A stretch of 64,000 nt of DNA, taken from positions 10,230,001 to 10,294,000 of the forward strand of contig CM059432.1 of NCBI GenBank assembly GCA_030390025.1, written 5' to 3'. The translations under genes and the position numbers were made by a program. The DNA is from Squalus acanthias (Eukaryota). The notes beneath the pieces were generated by a model, which saw only the letters and a list, made by a program, of their open reading frames with translations, was not told the DNA's origin and made no database searches. The stretch's first letter is position 1. Each line of letters opens with the position of its first letter. Below are positions 35,078 to 46,682 of this stretch, in pieces.

Positions 35078-37364
35078 AGCAGTGCCTAGGCCCAGCCATC
35101 TTCAGCTGCTTCATCAATGACCTTCCCTCCATCATAAGGTCTGAAATGGGGATGTTCGCTGATGACTGCACAGTGTTCAGTTCCATTCACAACTCCTCAG
35201 ATAATGAAGCAGTCTATGCCCGCATGCAGCAAGACCTGGACGACATTCAGGCTTGGGCTGATAAGTGGCAAGTAACATTCGTGCCACACAAGTGCCAGGC
35301 AATGACTATCTCCAACAAGCGGCAGTCTAACCACCACCCCTTGACATTCAATGGCATTACCATCGCTGAATCCCCCACCATCAACATCTTGGGGGTCACC
35401 ATTGTGTAAGGTTCCCAAAATTTGCAGATCCCCAAAAACCTAAGGAAAAAGGACTTTGGAACTACCTCAGAGTGATAAAAATGCATTTGGGCCTACCCTC
35501 AGGAATTTAAGACCAAAAACCAAGTTTTGGCATTTTAAAAACTATGTCTGGGCCTGTAAAGAGACAAGGAGGTGGATCGACCTCTGTAAAAGCAGTTTTG
35601 GCTATTGCAGTTAATTACACTGTCTGGGGAACCAGGATGACCTCACTCAAGCCCCAGCAGACATTAACATTTGAACAATAGACCCTGGGAGAAGACAGTC
35701 CCACCCAAAGACAGGCCCCATCAAGACCGATTACAGGGCCCATCAGAAACATGCATAATAAAACCCACTCAGGACCATTCTATAGAAAGACCGAGTCCAG
35801 CCTAGAAAACCAAACACAAAACCAATCAACTGTAATCAACCAAGGAGATCGACAGGACGCAAGCCATCCCAAAAAACAGTTAACACGCTAGTAAAGTCGT
35901 TCCTGTTAACGAGGCCTCCAAAATCTTACAATGACCGGGATTTGATTTGGTTTTGATAAGGAAGCTTCAATTAGTATAATTGAAAGGCTGTTTTCTCAAG
36001 AAGTCAGTTCTCCAGTAAAACAGTTCAAGTTCAACAGAAGGCAGTTCTGCAGTTTCGAGTTCAATTGAAAGCCTGTTTTCAGCAGAAGTGAGGGCTGGAG
36101 TTACAGAGTTCAGGAGAAGCTAAGAGAAGACAGTTCCACAGTTCTGCAAGAAGACAGTTACAGTTCTGCAAGAAGGCAGTTCCACAGCTCGGAAGAAGAC
36201 AGTTTAAACAGAGACAGAGTTCAACAGAAAGAAGTTCAACAAAGAAGGCCAACAGCTCCAGAAGCAGGCCGACACGCAAGAAGAGACCAGAGCGACCGCC
36301 TCAGTGACCATCAGACACCTCGCGGCAACAAGGGCCTGACAAAACTTTTTACTCAAAAGACTCTAAACCCTAACTCTCAACTGTCAAGGATTCATTTGGT
36401 GAGCATTATCCCTGGTTCTCCAGAGACCAACCTAGCTAGTGAAGTGGGATTGGGAGGGGTGAAGTATTCTTTTAATGTTATTTCCCTCGCTTGTACCGAA
36501 GTGTTCCCCACCATTAGAGTGTTCAGAGTGTTTGTGTTGTGTTTTACTTTCTTAAATAAAGATCAAAGTTCTTGCATCAAACCCAGTTGTCTGCTGCACT
36601 TTTCATCACAACCCCCAAATAAGTCCAGGGTCTAGAACCAAGGGTGTGGGAGCGATTCGAACCACTCAGAAGTCAGAGGTGAAGTTGACACAAACCACCA
36701 CCCCCTACAATTGACCAGAAACTGGACCAGCCACATAAAATACTGTGGCCACAAGAGCAGGTCAGAGGCTGGGTATTCTGCGGCGAGTGTCTCACCTCCT
36801 GACTCCCCAAAGCCTTTCCACTATCTACAAGGCGCAAGTCAGGAGTGTGCTGGAATACTCTCCACTTGCCTGCATCAGTGCAGTTCCAACAACACTCAAG
36901 AAGCTCGACAACATCCAGGACAAAGCAGCCCGCTTGATTGGCACCCCATCCACCACCTTAAACATTCACTCCCTCCACCATTGGCGTACCATGGCTGCAG
37001 TGTGCTCCATCTACAAGATGCACTGCAGCAACTCGCCAAGGCTACTTCGACAATGCCTCCCAAACCCACGATCTCTAGCACCTAGAAGGACAAGGGCAGC
37101 AGGCGCATGGGAACACCATCACCTCCAAGTTTACCTCCAAGTCACACACCATCCTGACTTGGAAGTATATCGCCGATCCTTCATCGTCGCTGGGTGAAAA
37201 TCTTGGAACTCCCTACCTAACAGCACTGTGGGAGTACCTTCACCACACGGACTGCAGCGGTTCAAGAAGGCATCTCACCACCACCTTCTCAAGGGCAATT
37301 AGGGATGGGCAATAAATGCTGGCCTTGCCAGTGACGTGCACATCCTAGGAATGAATTTAAAAAA
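35078..37364 (+). mobile_element. LINE-A RT domain and 3' end interrupted by a solo LTR
   Basis: LGPAIFSCFINDL..MFADD..ILGVTI (to 35404) resumes at 36710 (ATTGACCAGAAA..); collinear with 28305-29499. Confidence 0.9.
35405..36709 (+). mobile_element. Solo LTR, 1305 bp (ERV class I- or Gypsy-type)
   Basis: TG..CA termini with short inverted repeats TGTAAGG/CCCTACA; perfect 4-bp TSD ATTG (35401-35404, 36710-36713); TATA-like TAGTATAAT at about 35972 and AATAAA at about 36555 give the orientation; no ORF. Confidence 0.9.
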
Positions 37365-38429
37365 AGAGACTAGGCTTGTATTTTTTTGGGTATGCTGGGC
37401 AAAACTTGTAACTACACTTAATGACTGAACTGGAAAGTTAATGTGGATTTCCAGGAACTAGTTGGCATAAGCTTGGTCTTGACTTTAACGGTAAACTTGG
37501 GCACATTGCTTGGCTGGAACATGTGTCCTCCAAACCGAATGCCCAATTGTGTAGCATACCAATCTTAATCGCCTTGGCCATTAGCCGCTCCTCCCGTGGG
37601 CACCGCCATTGTCACTGCAGTGACAGCAATCAAGTTCACAGATGGAAAACACAGCTTTTATTTCACTTTTTCCAACTTAACAACGCTCTGTTTCTCACAA
37701 GTCCCTGATGGCACTCTCAGAAACCACATTGGGATGTCTCTGTATCTCTGTTTTAATAGAAAATGCTGCTAGATCTCTGATAGCACTGGTCTTGTGGACT
37801 TAAAGTATTAATTGCCAATTCTGGTTCTTCATTGGATTTCTCAAGATCAATAATCTTACTGCTGTGTCTTTGCCCTGACCTCAGTAACAAGCATATGTTC
37901 ATATTCCACTGGGGGGAAGCCAGTATTCCATTACAGTCTTTAGTAAATCTGAAGGAACAGCCAACTTTCTATCTTCTGTACTCATTGGCATGGTTCACCT
38001 TTTAAGCCTCCAACCAGTATTTCAAAAGACAGCTCATCATACGGCTTCGCTATCTACATTCGGTTATAGGTTCCAGAGAAGGCTGAAGATAGTCACAGCA
38101 TAATTAGCCTGATTCTAATCTGACTGTCAGTTGCGAGCATGAAAATCAGTTTTGGGAACAGGTGATTTCACCCATGGATTGAATCTCTCCCTCAGTGCCT
38201 TCAGCAGCGAAGAGGGATTGCAACTGGTATCTCTGGAGATGCTGAATAGCTTCATAGAGCTTTATGATGCGATAGCTTCAGAAAGAATATTAATTCCGAC
38301 AACTTGGGTAGGAAAGGCGCCATATGGCAATTCCTGGCAACTCATCTTGCATGGCCATTTCTGGCTGAAATTTATGATTGGCAAATATTGACTTATCATT
38401 AATCAGTGGGCTGCACCAAGAGTGCTTGC

Positions 38430-39495
38430 ACACCTCATCAACTTGGCATGGAGGGTGTTGCACGGGGCAGTCCCGTGCAATATGGTTTTAAGTCGGTTCA
38501 CGGACTCCCAGGCCGCCTGCCTTTTCTGCCATCCTGGAGGAGTCCGTGTTCCATGTGTACGTCGAGGGCGAGAGGTTGCAGCCCCTCTTCCACTATCTGG
38601 TGTTGTGCGACTTCTCATTTTTGTCCACCCCAGTCCAACACTGGCATCTCCGCATCATGGCCACTGGGCAACACGGTGGCATAGTGGTTAGCACTGGTGC
38701 CTCACAGCGCCAGGGACCCGGGTTCGAATCTGACCTCGGGTGACTGTCTGTGTGGAGTTTGCACATTCTCCCCGTGTCTGCGTGGGTTTCCTCCGCGTGC
38801 TCCGGTTTCCTCCCACAGTCCAAAAATGTGCGGGTTAGGTTGATTTGGCTATGATAAATTGACCCTTAGTGTTAGGGGGGTATTAAATATGTGGGGTTAT
38901 GGGGATAGGATGGGATATGTTAGGGGGAATTAAATATGTGGGGTTACGGGGGTAGGGTGGGATATGTGTACTGTGGGGATTAAAGCAGGGACAGGGTACT
39001 GGATTTGGATGATCAGCCATGATCGTATTGAATGGTGGAGCAGGCTCGATGGGCCGAATGGCCTACTCCTGCTCCTCGATTCTATGTTTCTATCTGAAGG
39101 GGCTGCGCCTCAATTTGTGGCTGCTCTTCAGTCTCACGCTCCTGATCTTTGGTCACCCGGTGCGGAGGGGATCGGGCAGGTCGGGGAACCTCCTTACAGG
39201 ACTGCTCCTGGGCCTAGCCAAGGCGGCCGTCGACAGGTCCAGGCAGCGGGTGGTCGAGGGGGTCGTTCGGCCCGACTGCCCGCCTCTCTCCCACGGCCAC
39301 GTTCGCGTCCAGGCGGCCCTGGAGATGGAGCACGTGGTGTCCGCCGGCACGCTCGAGGCCTTCCACGACCGATGGACACTGGAGTGCTTCATCACCCCCC
39401 CAAAACAGACTTTTGATTTAATCTGTTAAGTTTCCTTTAATTTTTATTTAAGTTACAGTTTTATTGGTTGTGCCCCTTTAAGAAGGGGGCACATG
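38430..39495 (+). mobile_element. Tx1/L1-clade LINE 3' end interrupted by a SINE
   Basis: zf-RVT-like LAWRVLHGAVPCN..ACLFC..ESVFHVYVEGERLQPLFHYL|KGL..LLIFGHP..LLLGLAKAAV..; T-rich UTR with hairpin GTGCCCC-TTTAAGAAG-GGGGCAC. Confidence 0.8.
38666..39089 (+). mobile_element. HE1-type V-SINE, full length
   Basis: GGGCAACACGGTGGCATAGTGG..GGTTCGAATC, V-domain, internal tandem duplication, HER1 tail. Confidence 0.92.
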
Positions 39496-39834
39496 CTGCC
39501 CCCCTAATTGGTGATGGCACCAGCCATCAATTAAGTTTTAAACCACATAGAGGTTGCACAGCTGACTGCAATGTAAAAGGCTGAGTTTCACGCATGCACA
39601 TAGAATCCACAACACAGAGACAGGCTATTCAGCCCAAACTGGAGTTCTTGGGCGCCGTGCAGCCAGATTTATAGATGCTACCCGAGATCAGTTGAAGCAA
39701 AGGAGAGCTACTCTTTTTGACACTTATGGGCTACCTCCTCCCCAGAAAAGCATTGGCCATACCACCTGGCAGGAGATAGGTGACAGGGTGAATGCTGCCA
39801 GGATCTGTCTACTAATGAAGAACGACATGATGGG

Positions 39835-40320
39835 AGGGGGATTTTAACATGGGGGAGCGGGTCAGAGTGGGTGAAATGGGCAAAAATTCCGAGCGCCTCT
39901 GGAAGCCGGCTCCGACCCGCTGACTTCCGGGTTTTACTGAGGCGGGACAAGGGGCGGGCAGCCAACCCGCTCCCGGGAGGCGGGGTGGTATTTTTACTCA
40001 GTCAATGAGGCCGGAATGCTCTGATTTTAACCTGCTGTGCAGGTTTTACTGTGGCCGGCCTAGTTTCCCAGGCCTCTGGAAACCCGGCAGCTGCAGCAAG
40101 GCGAGGACAGCCTCAGGAAGAAGGTAAGTGGGCCAGGAGGAGCAGGAGTGCTCCCCGCCCGAGTGGAAGCCAAGCCTGCCAATCAGGCTGACTTCCAGGC
40201 GGGGAACCGGTCAGGGCCAAGAGTCACACGCTGTGGAGTTAAATCTCCACAGCGTGAGGGGAAACCCAGACTTCCTGGGTTCCCGTCCGAATCGCCACCC
40301 ACCCCAGTAAATATGCAGCC
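39835..40320. mobile_element. Probable MITE, GC-rich with internal ATTTTAAC motifs
   Basis: Starts GGGGGATTTTAAC like the 42578/46683 family; right end GTAAATATGCAGCC is only weakly complementary. Confidence 0.4.
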
Positions 40321-40439
40321 TGATAGATCCAAGGAAGACTCCAAGGCAAGCTTCTCCAATGGTTTCCGACACCAGTTTTCCAGAGCTGAGCCAAGTATGC
40401 GTGTCCCAAATTGTTTGGTTATAACCTTTTTGACCGACT

Positions 40440-40760
40440 CTTATCTCATTCTCCAGCCACTTGCTCAGGCCAGCAGATCATGCAAAGTGTTGGTGTCCTC
40501 TTTGACTCTCACGTGAGCCCACATCCTATCCATCACCGAGTCTACTTATCTCCACCTCGGCAACATTGCCCACCTCCACTGCACCACCTGATTCCCCTCC
40601 ACACGTTTTTCACCACGAATTTCGATCTTCTTCTCGGTGGCTTCCCATCCCCTGTCCTCCATAAACTCTAACTGTCCCAAAACTCAGCTGCCCAAGTACT
40701 TCCCTGCACTAATTACCACTCGCCCATTGTCCTCACTGTTGCTCACCTATATTGGCTCCA
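40440..40760 (+). mobile_element. Old L2 fragment
   Basis: Decayed VGVLFDS..YLSPPRQHCPP / HKL*LSQNSAA..HLYWL, collinear with the other L2 copies. Confidence 0.6.
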
Positions 40761-40789
40761 TTTTCTCTTAACTCAGCAAATCAGTAGCA

Positions 40790-42560
40790 TAGCAAATCAA
40801 ATATCAATATCTTAAGTCAGATATCCAGGCCAGAGCTTCCTGTGTAACAGCCTGGATATCTTGTAGGCTGCCTGTGAATTTCCTCTGAGGGCAGTGCTCA
40901 ATGATGTGCTCCAGGGTCTGACCAGGAGCTCCACAGTCTCATGAAGGGGTTGCTTTAATCTTCCATCTATGGAGAAGGTGGCAGCATCTACCGTGACCAG
41001 TTCTGAGGTGGTTGATGGTTGTCCACTGTTTGTGAGGAAGGTTTGATCCTTCAGGTTGTACTGTGGGGTCCTCTATAAGGAATCCATTCCGTATGTCGCA
41101 GTTCTTCCAAGCATTTCACCATCGGTCATCAAGACTGAGGGGAGATCGCTGAAGGGCTTCGGCGACGGTCCAAAATGGCCGTCTAGATTTGAGAGGGATT
41201 GGTGGTACGTTGGTCAAGTCGGTCTGGATCGGCATGTCTTTGCTGGTGTCGCGGTTGTATTCTCTGGAGATTGCATATTCATGGCGTAGGTGTGGTGGTG
41301 CGATGTTTTCAAGCGCGGGCAGCCAAGGTGTTGGTGTCAATAAAAGCGTACCGGTGATAATTCTCATAGTAGAATTCAGCTGGACATCAACGGATTTGAC
41401 ATGCGGACTCAATAGCCATGCCGGAGAGCAGTGCTCCGCTGTAGAGTACACCAGGGCGAGTGCTGCCGTACGGAGGGTTTGAGCGTCTGCTCCCCATGTG
41501 GATCCGGCCAGTTTCTGGATCAAGTTGACCCTACTCTTTAGTTTCTTCCCAAGGTTCTGGAGATGTTGTCTATAGGACAGGGTGTTGTCGAGCGTGACTC
41601 CTGAATAGGAGGTTTTTTTTGGCATGGTTTACCTCTACGCCACAAAAGGAGACTTTCAAAGTTTGGTTTGCTTGATGGGTGTTGAGGTGGAATGTTGAGG
41701 CGACGGTCTTTTGCGGGTTGGCCAAAGTCGCCATCGGCGGAAGTAGGTCTTCCTCCTCTGTAAATTACTGGTCAGGGTCTCCTTGGTGATGGACAGATTC
41801 ATGTTTTGCGTGGCCAAGGCAATGTCATCAGTGTATACGAACTTGTGGGACTCTGTTTCGGGCAGGTCACTGGTGTAAACGTTGAATAACATGGGTGCCA
41901 GGACAGAATCTTGTGGAAGTCGATTGGTCAATGTCTTATATCTGCTCTTCTGGGTGCCGGAGTACACACGGAAGCGATGGTTTCTAAGCATGGAGTTGAG
42001 AAGATGGATCATGGTTCGGCAGGGTTGGTGGTAGGTTGTTCAAGTCGGCCTGGATCGGCATGTGCTGGTGTAGCGAGTGTACTTTCTGGAGACTGCATAT
42101 TCGTGGCATAGTTCCCCTCCAAGTCACACACCATCCTGACTTGGCAGTATATCGCCAATTCTTCATCGTCGCCGGGTCAAAATCCTGGAACTCCCTCCCT
42201 AACAGCACTGTGGGAGCACCTTCACCACACGGACTGCAGCGGTTCAAGAAGGCAGCTCACCACCAGCTTCTCAAGGGGCAATTAGGGATGGGCAATAAAT
42301 GCTGGCCTTGCCAGCGATGCCCACATCCCATAAACGAATAAAAATAAAAAATGGTGGAGAGCTTCAAAAGCAGTCCATGCTTCCATACTGTGTCATAGGC
42401 CGCTGACAGGTCCACGACTGCTACGGCGGTCTTGAGCTGGCGCTGGAAGCCTGCTTCGATGTGCGATGTTAAAGCTACCACTTGGTCACAGCAGTTACTC
42501 CCGCTCCGGAAGCCCGCTTGCTACTTAAGAATGTTTGGCTCGATGATGGGAGCTAGTCTT
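40790..42560 (-). mobile_element. Vingi/Ingi-like LINE, RT plus C-terminal zinc knuckle (degenerate)
   Basis: AGFRSGSNCCDQVVALTSHIEAGFQ..VDLSAAYDTVW; LPQDSVLAPMLFNVYTSDLP..FVYTDD; GVTLDNTLSY..KLAGSTWGADAQTLRTAALALVYSTAE..IAPP..LKSRRPFW; LRTGHGRC..QTLEHIIEHCP. Confidence 0.8.
42110..42350 (+). mobile_element. LINE-A 3' end inserted in the Vingi-like element
   Basis: ORF end, stem-loop and AATAAAAATAAAA tail. Confidence 0.85.
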
Positions 42561-42577
42561 TGGAGGGCCTTGCCCCA

Positions 42578-42827
42578 GGGGGGTATTATAACCCTACTCG
42601 CTCAGCAGAAACCTGGTTAAAATCGCCCTGGCTCTTACCTGTCTGAAAGCCTCCATGATCACAACCTCTGCAATTTTAACCTGCTCTCCTGAGCAGGCAG
42701 CAAGAACAGGCGCCCGGAGCCAACAGGGCCCCTCTTTACATATGGATGCTGCGGCCTGATGACATCATTGAGACCCGACTGTCATTTTAACTGAGCGAGG
42801 AAGCCACCTGGAGTTAAAATCGGGGCC
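42578..42827. mobile_element. 250-bp MITE, copy 1
   Basis: Ends GGGGGGTATTATAAC / GTTAAAATCGGGGCC; reverse complement of 46683-46944. Confidence 0.75.
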
Positions 42828-42829
42828 GT

Positions 42830-43145
42830 TCCTCCAGCCTTATGTCCGCTCCTTCACCCTTTGATCCTCCAACTCTGGCATCCCCTCTCCCACTTCACCG
42901 TGAGCCTTGGCCCCATTTTCTGGAACTCCCTCTCTAAACCCTTCCAAATCTCCTCTTCTCTCTCCACCTTCAAAATCTATTTGAAACCCATTTCTTTTAA
43001 ACGGATTTTTTGGTCTCCTGCTGCTGATTTCTCCTTCCCTGGTTCAGCACTTGTATTCTTATCAATTTCTATTTCTATTTTCCTCCCTCTCGGTACAGTG
43101 GATTGGGACTTTTTCAACCTTAAAGGCACTTTATAAATGCTAGGT
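42830..43145 (+). mobile_element. Old L2 3' end
   Basis: LGPIFWNSLSKP..STFKIYLK; TTAAAGGCACTTTATAAATGC. Confidence 0.65.
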
Positions 43146-43289
43146 GAAACCCTGCCAAGGGGAGGCAGTAAATGCAGTTTCCATAGCTTCTAATTGAATG
43201 GCAAAAAAAATGGGCAATGAAGCTTTGAGGATTCCTTCCTGACAAGCCACAGTCTTACAGGCCTTTAACGTCCATTTTTTTTAAATGGA

Positions 43290-43758
43290 GAAAGAAAGAA
43301 AGACTTTGCATTCATATAGCGCCTTTCACGACCACCGGACCTCCCAAAGCGCTTTACAGCCAATGAAGTAGTTTTTGAGTGTAGTCACTGTTGTAGTGTA
43401 GGAAACGCAGCAGCCAATTTGTGCACAGCAAGATCCCACAAACAGCAATGTGATAATGACCAGATAATCTGTTTTTATTTAGTGATGTTGATTGAGGGAT
43501 AAATATTGGCCCCAGGACACCGCGAATAACTCCCCTGCTCCTCTTCAAAATAGTTCCATGGGATCTTTTACATCCGCTGGAGAGAGCAGACGGGGCCGCG
43601 GTTTAACGTCTCATCCGAAAGACGGCACCTCCAACAGTGCGGCACTCCACTGGAGCATCAACCTAGATTTTTGTGCTGATGTCTTATGGAGTGGGACTTG
43701 AACCCACAACCCTCTGACTTGGAAGGCAAGGATGCTACCCACTGAGCCACAGCTATCA
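43290..43758 (-). mobile_element. SacSINE1-type DeuSINE, full length
   Basis: Head, Deu-domain, tail. Confidence 0.9.
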
Positions 43759-43924
43759 CTGCCTAGCGTGCTGCATGATCGGAATAAGAGAAAGGGATTT
43801 ATAACGGCTGCCCTGTGTTCTACTTATTTGTTTTGTATTTGACATGAACTGATGCTTTCGCACATTCTGTATGAGAAAGAACACCACTGACAGGCAACCA
43901 GGTAAGGGAGGTCACACAATGCAC

Positions 43925-44448
43925 AGAACGCACCAAGTCCCGCTCACCCATCACCCCTGTGCTCGCTGACCTACATTGGCTGCTGGTCCGGCAACGCCTC
44001 GATTTTAAAATTCTCATCCTTGTTTTTAAATTCCTCCATGGCCTCACCCCCTCCCCATCATCTTGTATTTATCCAGTGCCTTTAATGTAGTAAAACGTCT
44101 CAGGGCGCTTCACAGGAGCGTTATCAAAACAAAACATGACACCGAGCCACAAATAGGAGATATTAGAACAGGTGAGGTAGGTTTTAAAGAGAGTCTTAAA
44201 GGAGGAAAGAGGGGTCGAGAGGCGGCGAGGTTTAGGGAGGGAATTCCAGAGCTTAGGGCCTCGGCAGCTGAAGGCACGGCCACCAAAGGTTGAGCGATTA
44301 TAATCAGGGATGCTCAAGAGGGCAGAATTAGAGGAGTGCAGATGTCTCGGGGGGGGGGGGGTTGTGGGGTTGAAGGAGATTACAGAGATAGGGAGGGGCG
44401 AGGCCATGGAGGGATTTGAAAACAAGGATGAGAATTTTGAAATCGAGC
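43925..44448. mobile_element. Two L2 pieces in opposite orientation
   Basis: 43925-44056 is on plus (LADLHWLLVRQRLDFKIL); 44061-44448 is on minus (3' end with tail). Confidence 0.8.
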
Positions 44449-44864
44449 CTCAGCCCTTTCTGGACGTCTGAAATTTCTCTTGTGTCTCGTCGGGGCAGCA
44501 CGCTCTTTCCTGCTGCTGTGACTCAGTTGCCTGCCGTGCAATACTGTACCTAAAGCTGTAGAACTGCGGGAGGCTGTGAACTCTGAAGGTTCAATGCTTC
44601 AGGAAGCCTTGAGGTGACCTTTTCATTCCCAATGATTGAAAAGAGCTGTCTCTCCTGTCAAGTCTTTTCAGCCATTGCGAATTCCAAACAGTCGAGGTCA
44701 ATGAGCAGTGTTCTACGCATGGGTCCCATGCCAAGTACATGGACTTCTGCCATTTCCTCATTCCACAGCAATGCAAGTGGCCCGCAGTAGCACACCACAC
44801 ATTCGGATCATTTTAGAAATCCACCCAACATGGCACCGCTTGTACTATAACTTCATATATTCAG

Positions 44865-45190
44865 GAGTGAGGCCGAGGCCCAGGGGTGGGGACGGGACCC
44901 AGGGGCAAGGACGGGGCCCAGGGGCAAGGACGGGGCCCAGGAGCGAGGACGGGGCCCAGGGGCAAGGACAGGGCCCAGGAGCGAGGACAAGGCCCAGGAG
45001 CGAGGATGAGGCCCAGGGGCGAGGTCGGGACCCAGGAGCGAGGACAAGGCCCAGGAGCGAGGATGAGGCCCAGGGGCGAGTACAAGGCCCAGGAGCGAGG
45101 ACGAGCCCAGCAGCGAGGTCGAGGCCCAGGAGTGAGGATGTGGCCCAGGAGCGAGGACGAGGCCCAGGAGCGAGGTCGAGGCCCAGGAGT
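44865..45190. repeat. 19-bp GC-rich minisatellite GGCCCAGG(A/G)GCGAGGACNN, about 17 copies
   Basis: Directly visible tandem array. Confidence 0.95.
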
Positions 45191-45502
45191 GGCGCAGCAT
45201 GGACCAGCAGCGGGGTCGGGAGGACCACACTGCAGCCTATGAAACCCAGGCAGAGAGGACCTGCGGGAAGGAGGGAGGAGGACAGTAGCAGTATGTTTGT
45301 GTGTGTGTGCTAGGCCGATATGGCAGAGCCTGGTCTCCAATCGTCTTGGATCCCCTTGCCATTGGACCAAGACCTTGCTCTGTCAAGCCCGTGTGGTAGC
45401 TGGTGTGCAACGGCCACCCCACGTTAAAAGAATTCACGCACAGGCATCTTCCACCCTTTAAAGTCATCCTCGGTTCCGAGGGACTGCCTAAGAAGAAGAA
45501 GA
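44865..45502 (+). mobile_element. Non-autonomous RTE derivative (probable 5' UTR fused to 3' tail)
   Basis: Ends AAGTCATCCTCGGTTCCGAGGGACTGCCTAAGAAGAAGAAG, nearly the same as the RTE tail at 9733-9770, but is preceded by non-coding, hairpin-rich sequence instead of the ORF end. The left boundary is uncertain. Confidence 0.65.
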
Positions 45503-45504
45503 GA

Positions 45505-45810
45505 ACTTCATAGAAATCATTGAATCTTACAGCACAGAAGGAGGCCATTCGGCCCGTCGTGCCCTGTGCCACCTCTTTGAAAGAGCAGGCGTCCCACATC
45601 CCCGCTTTTGTCCGTAACCCTGTAAGTTCCTCATCCTCAAGGACCTGTCCAACTTCCTTTTACAATTAGTTACGGAATAATCATTTCACGTCGAGCGTTC
45701 CAGATCCCGACAACTCTCTGAGCGAGGAAAATGTCTCCTCATCTCCCCTTTAGATCTTTTGCCGATGATGTTAAATCTATGACCTCTGGTTATGGACCCG
45801 CTTGCCAGTT
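45505..45810 (-). mobile_element. CR1 LINE 3' end, decayed
   Basis: CATAGAA..ACAGCACAGAAGGAGGCCATTCGGCCC tail; RGHRFNII..MRRHFPRSESCRDLER. Confidence 0.7.
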
Positions 45811-46049
45811 AACTTACCAATTACTCCAGAACTATCGCTCATACAGTCTGCTTCTCCATCTATCTGTTGTAGCTTGCAGCAAGATATTAGTTTGCTTTCA
45901 TAACCATTACACACACGTTCACAGTTTGCAGCAATTTCCACCGTGGAAATGAACGTATGCTTCCAGAATACAATCTTCTAGAAATATGATAGCGAATCAA
46001 CGATTATGGCAACTGCAAATTTCAATTTATGATCAAATACACTTATTCC

Positions 46050-46150
46050 GAAATAAAACCCAAAATGCTGGAAATACACAAAAAGGTCAATCAGCGTCTG
46101 TGACGAGAAAAGACAGGTTAACATTTCGAATGTAAGGCCCTCATCAACAC
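46050..46150 (-). mobile_element. Decayed Penelope-like terminal fragment
   Basis: Minus strand TTGATGA-GGGCCTTACATTC-GAAATGTTAAC..TTTCCAGCATTTT resembles 31497-31600. Confidence 0.55.
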
Positions 46151-46682
46151 TCACTGAGTAGCTAATAGTCATTTTAAGTTTCTCTTCATTAAGTCTTTAT
46201 TAAAATGCAGGGGAGCATCTCTAATATAGTACAGCGTAGTTTGAGGCCAATGAAGAAATGATGTAAATCGCGACTTGAATATTTCCTGAGCAGCGATGAT
46301 TAGGCTAAGCTGCGTTGGATATTATGGGCTGGATATTTTCCATTTAAAACTGTTTCATAAATTGCCACGGAAGTGTGAGATATGCACACGTTTGAACTTT
46401 CAATCATTGGTGAGATTTTTCCGACAGAGTTTGTATCCCATAGACTCCGTCTACCAGTGTTAGAATATCTGACAATGCAATATCTCGATTTAAACCCTGC
46501 AATCAATGAAAGGTTGCAGATGGATTTATTGTGACTGAAGCAAGGTTCAGATTGAGAAAACAATTTGTGAGCCTTCTGTTTTTAGCAACTCTCCAAGGCA
46601 GTATGTAGGTCTCTATTCTATATAATCACAGCGTATATCTGTCAATTGAAGTACTTTATGCAACTTACAGAACATCTGAAAA

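Noticed and set aside
32897..45190. CRISPR-like appearance of the two repeat arrays (32897-33750, 44865-45190)
   Set aside because: No unique spacers, no cas genes, eukaryotic context.
44708..45370. Overlapping 118-201 aa repetitive ORFs
   Set aside because: Translations of the 19-bp tandem repeat.
45310..45430. HDV-like ribozyme in the RTE leader
   Set aside because: Only simple hairpins were found; the P1.1/P3/L3 pseudoknot could not be assigned.
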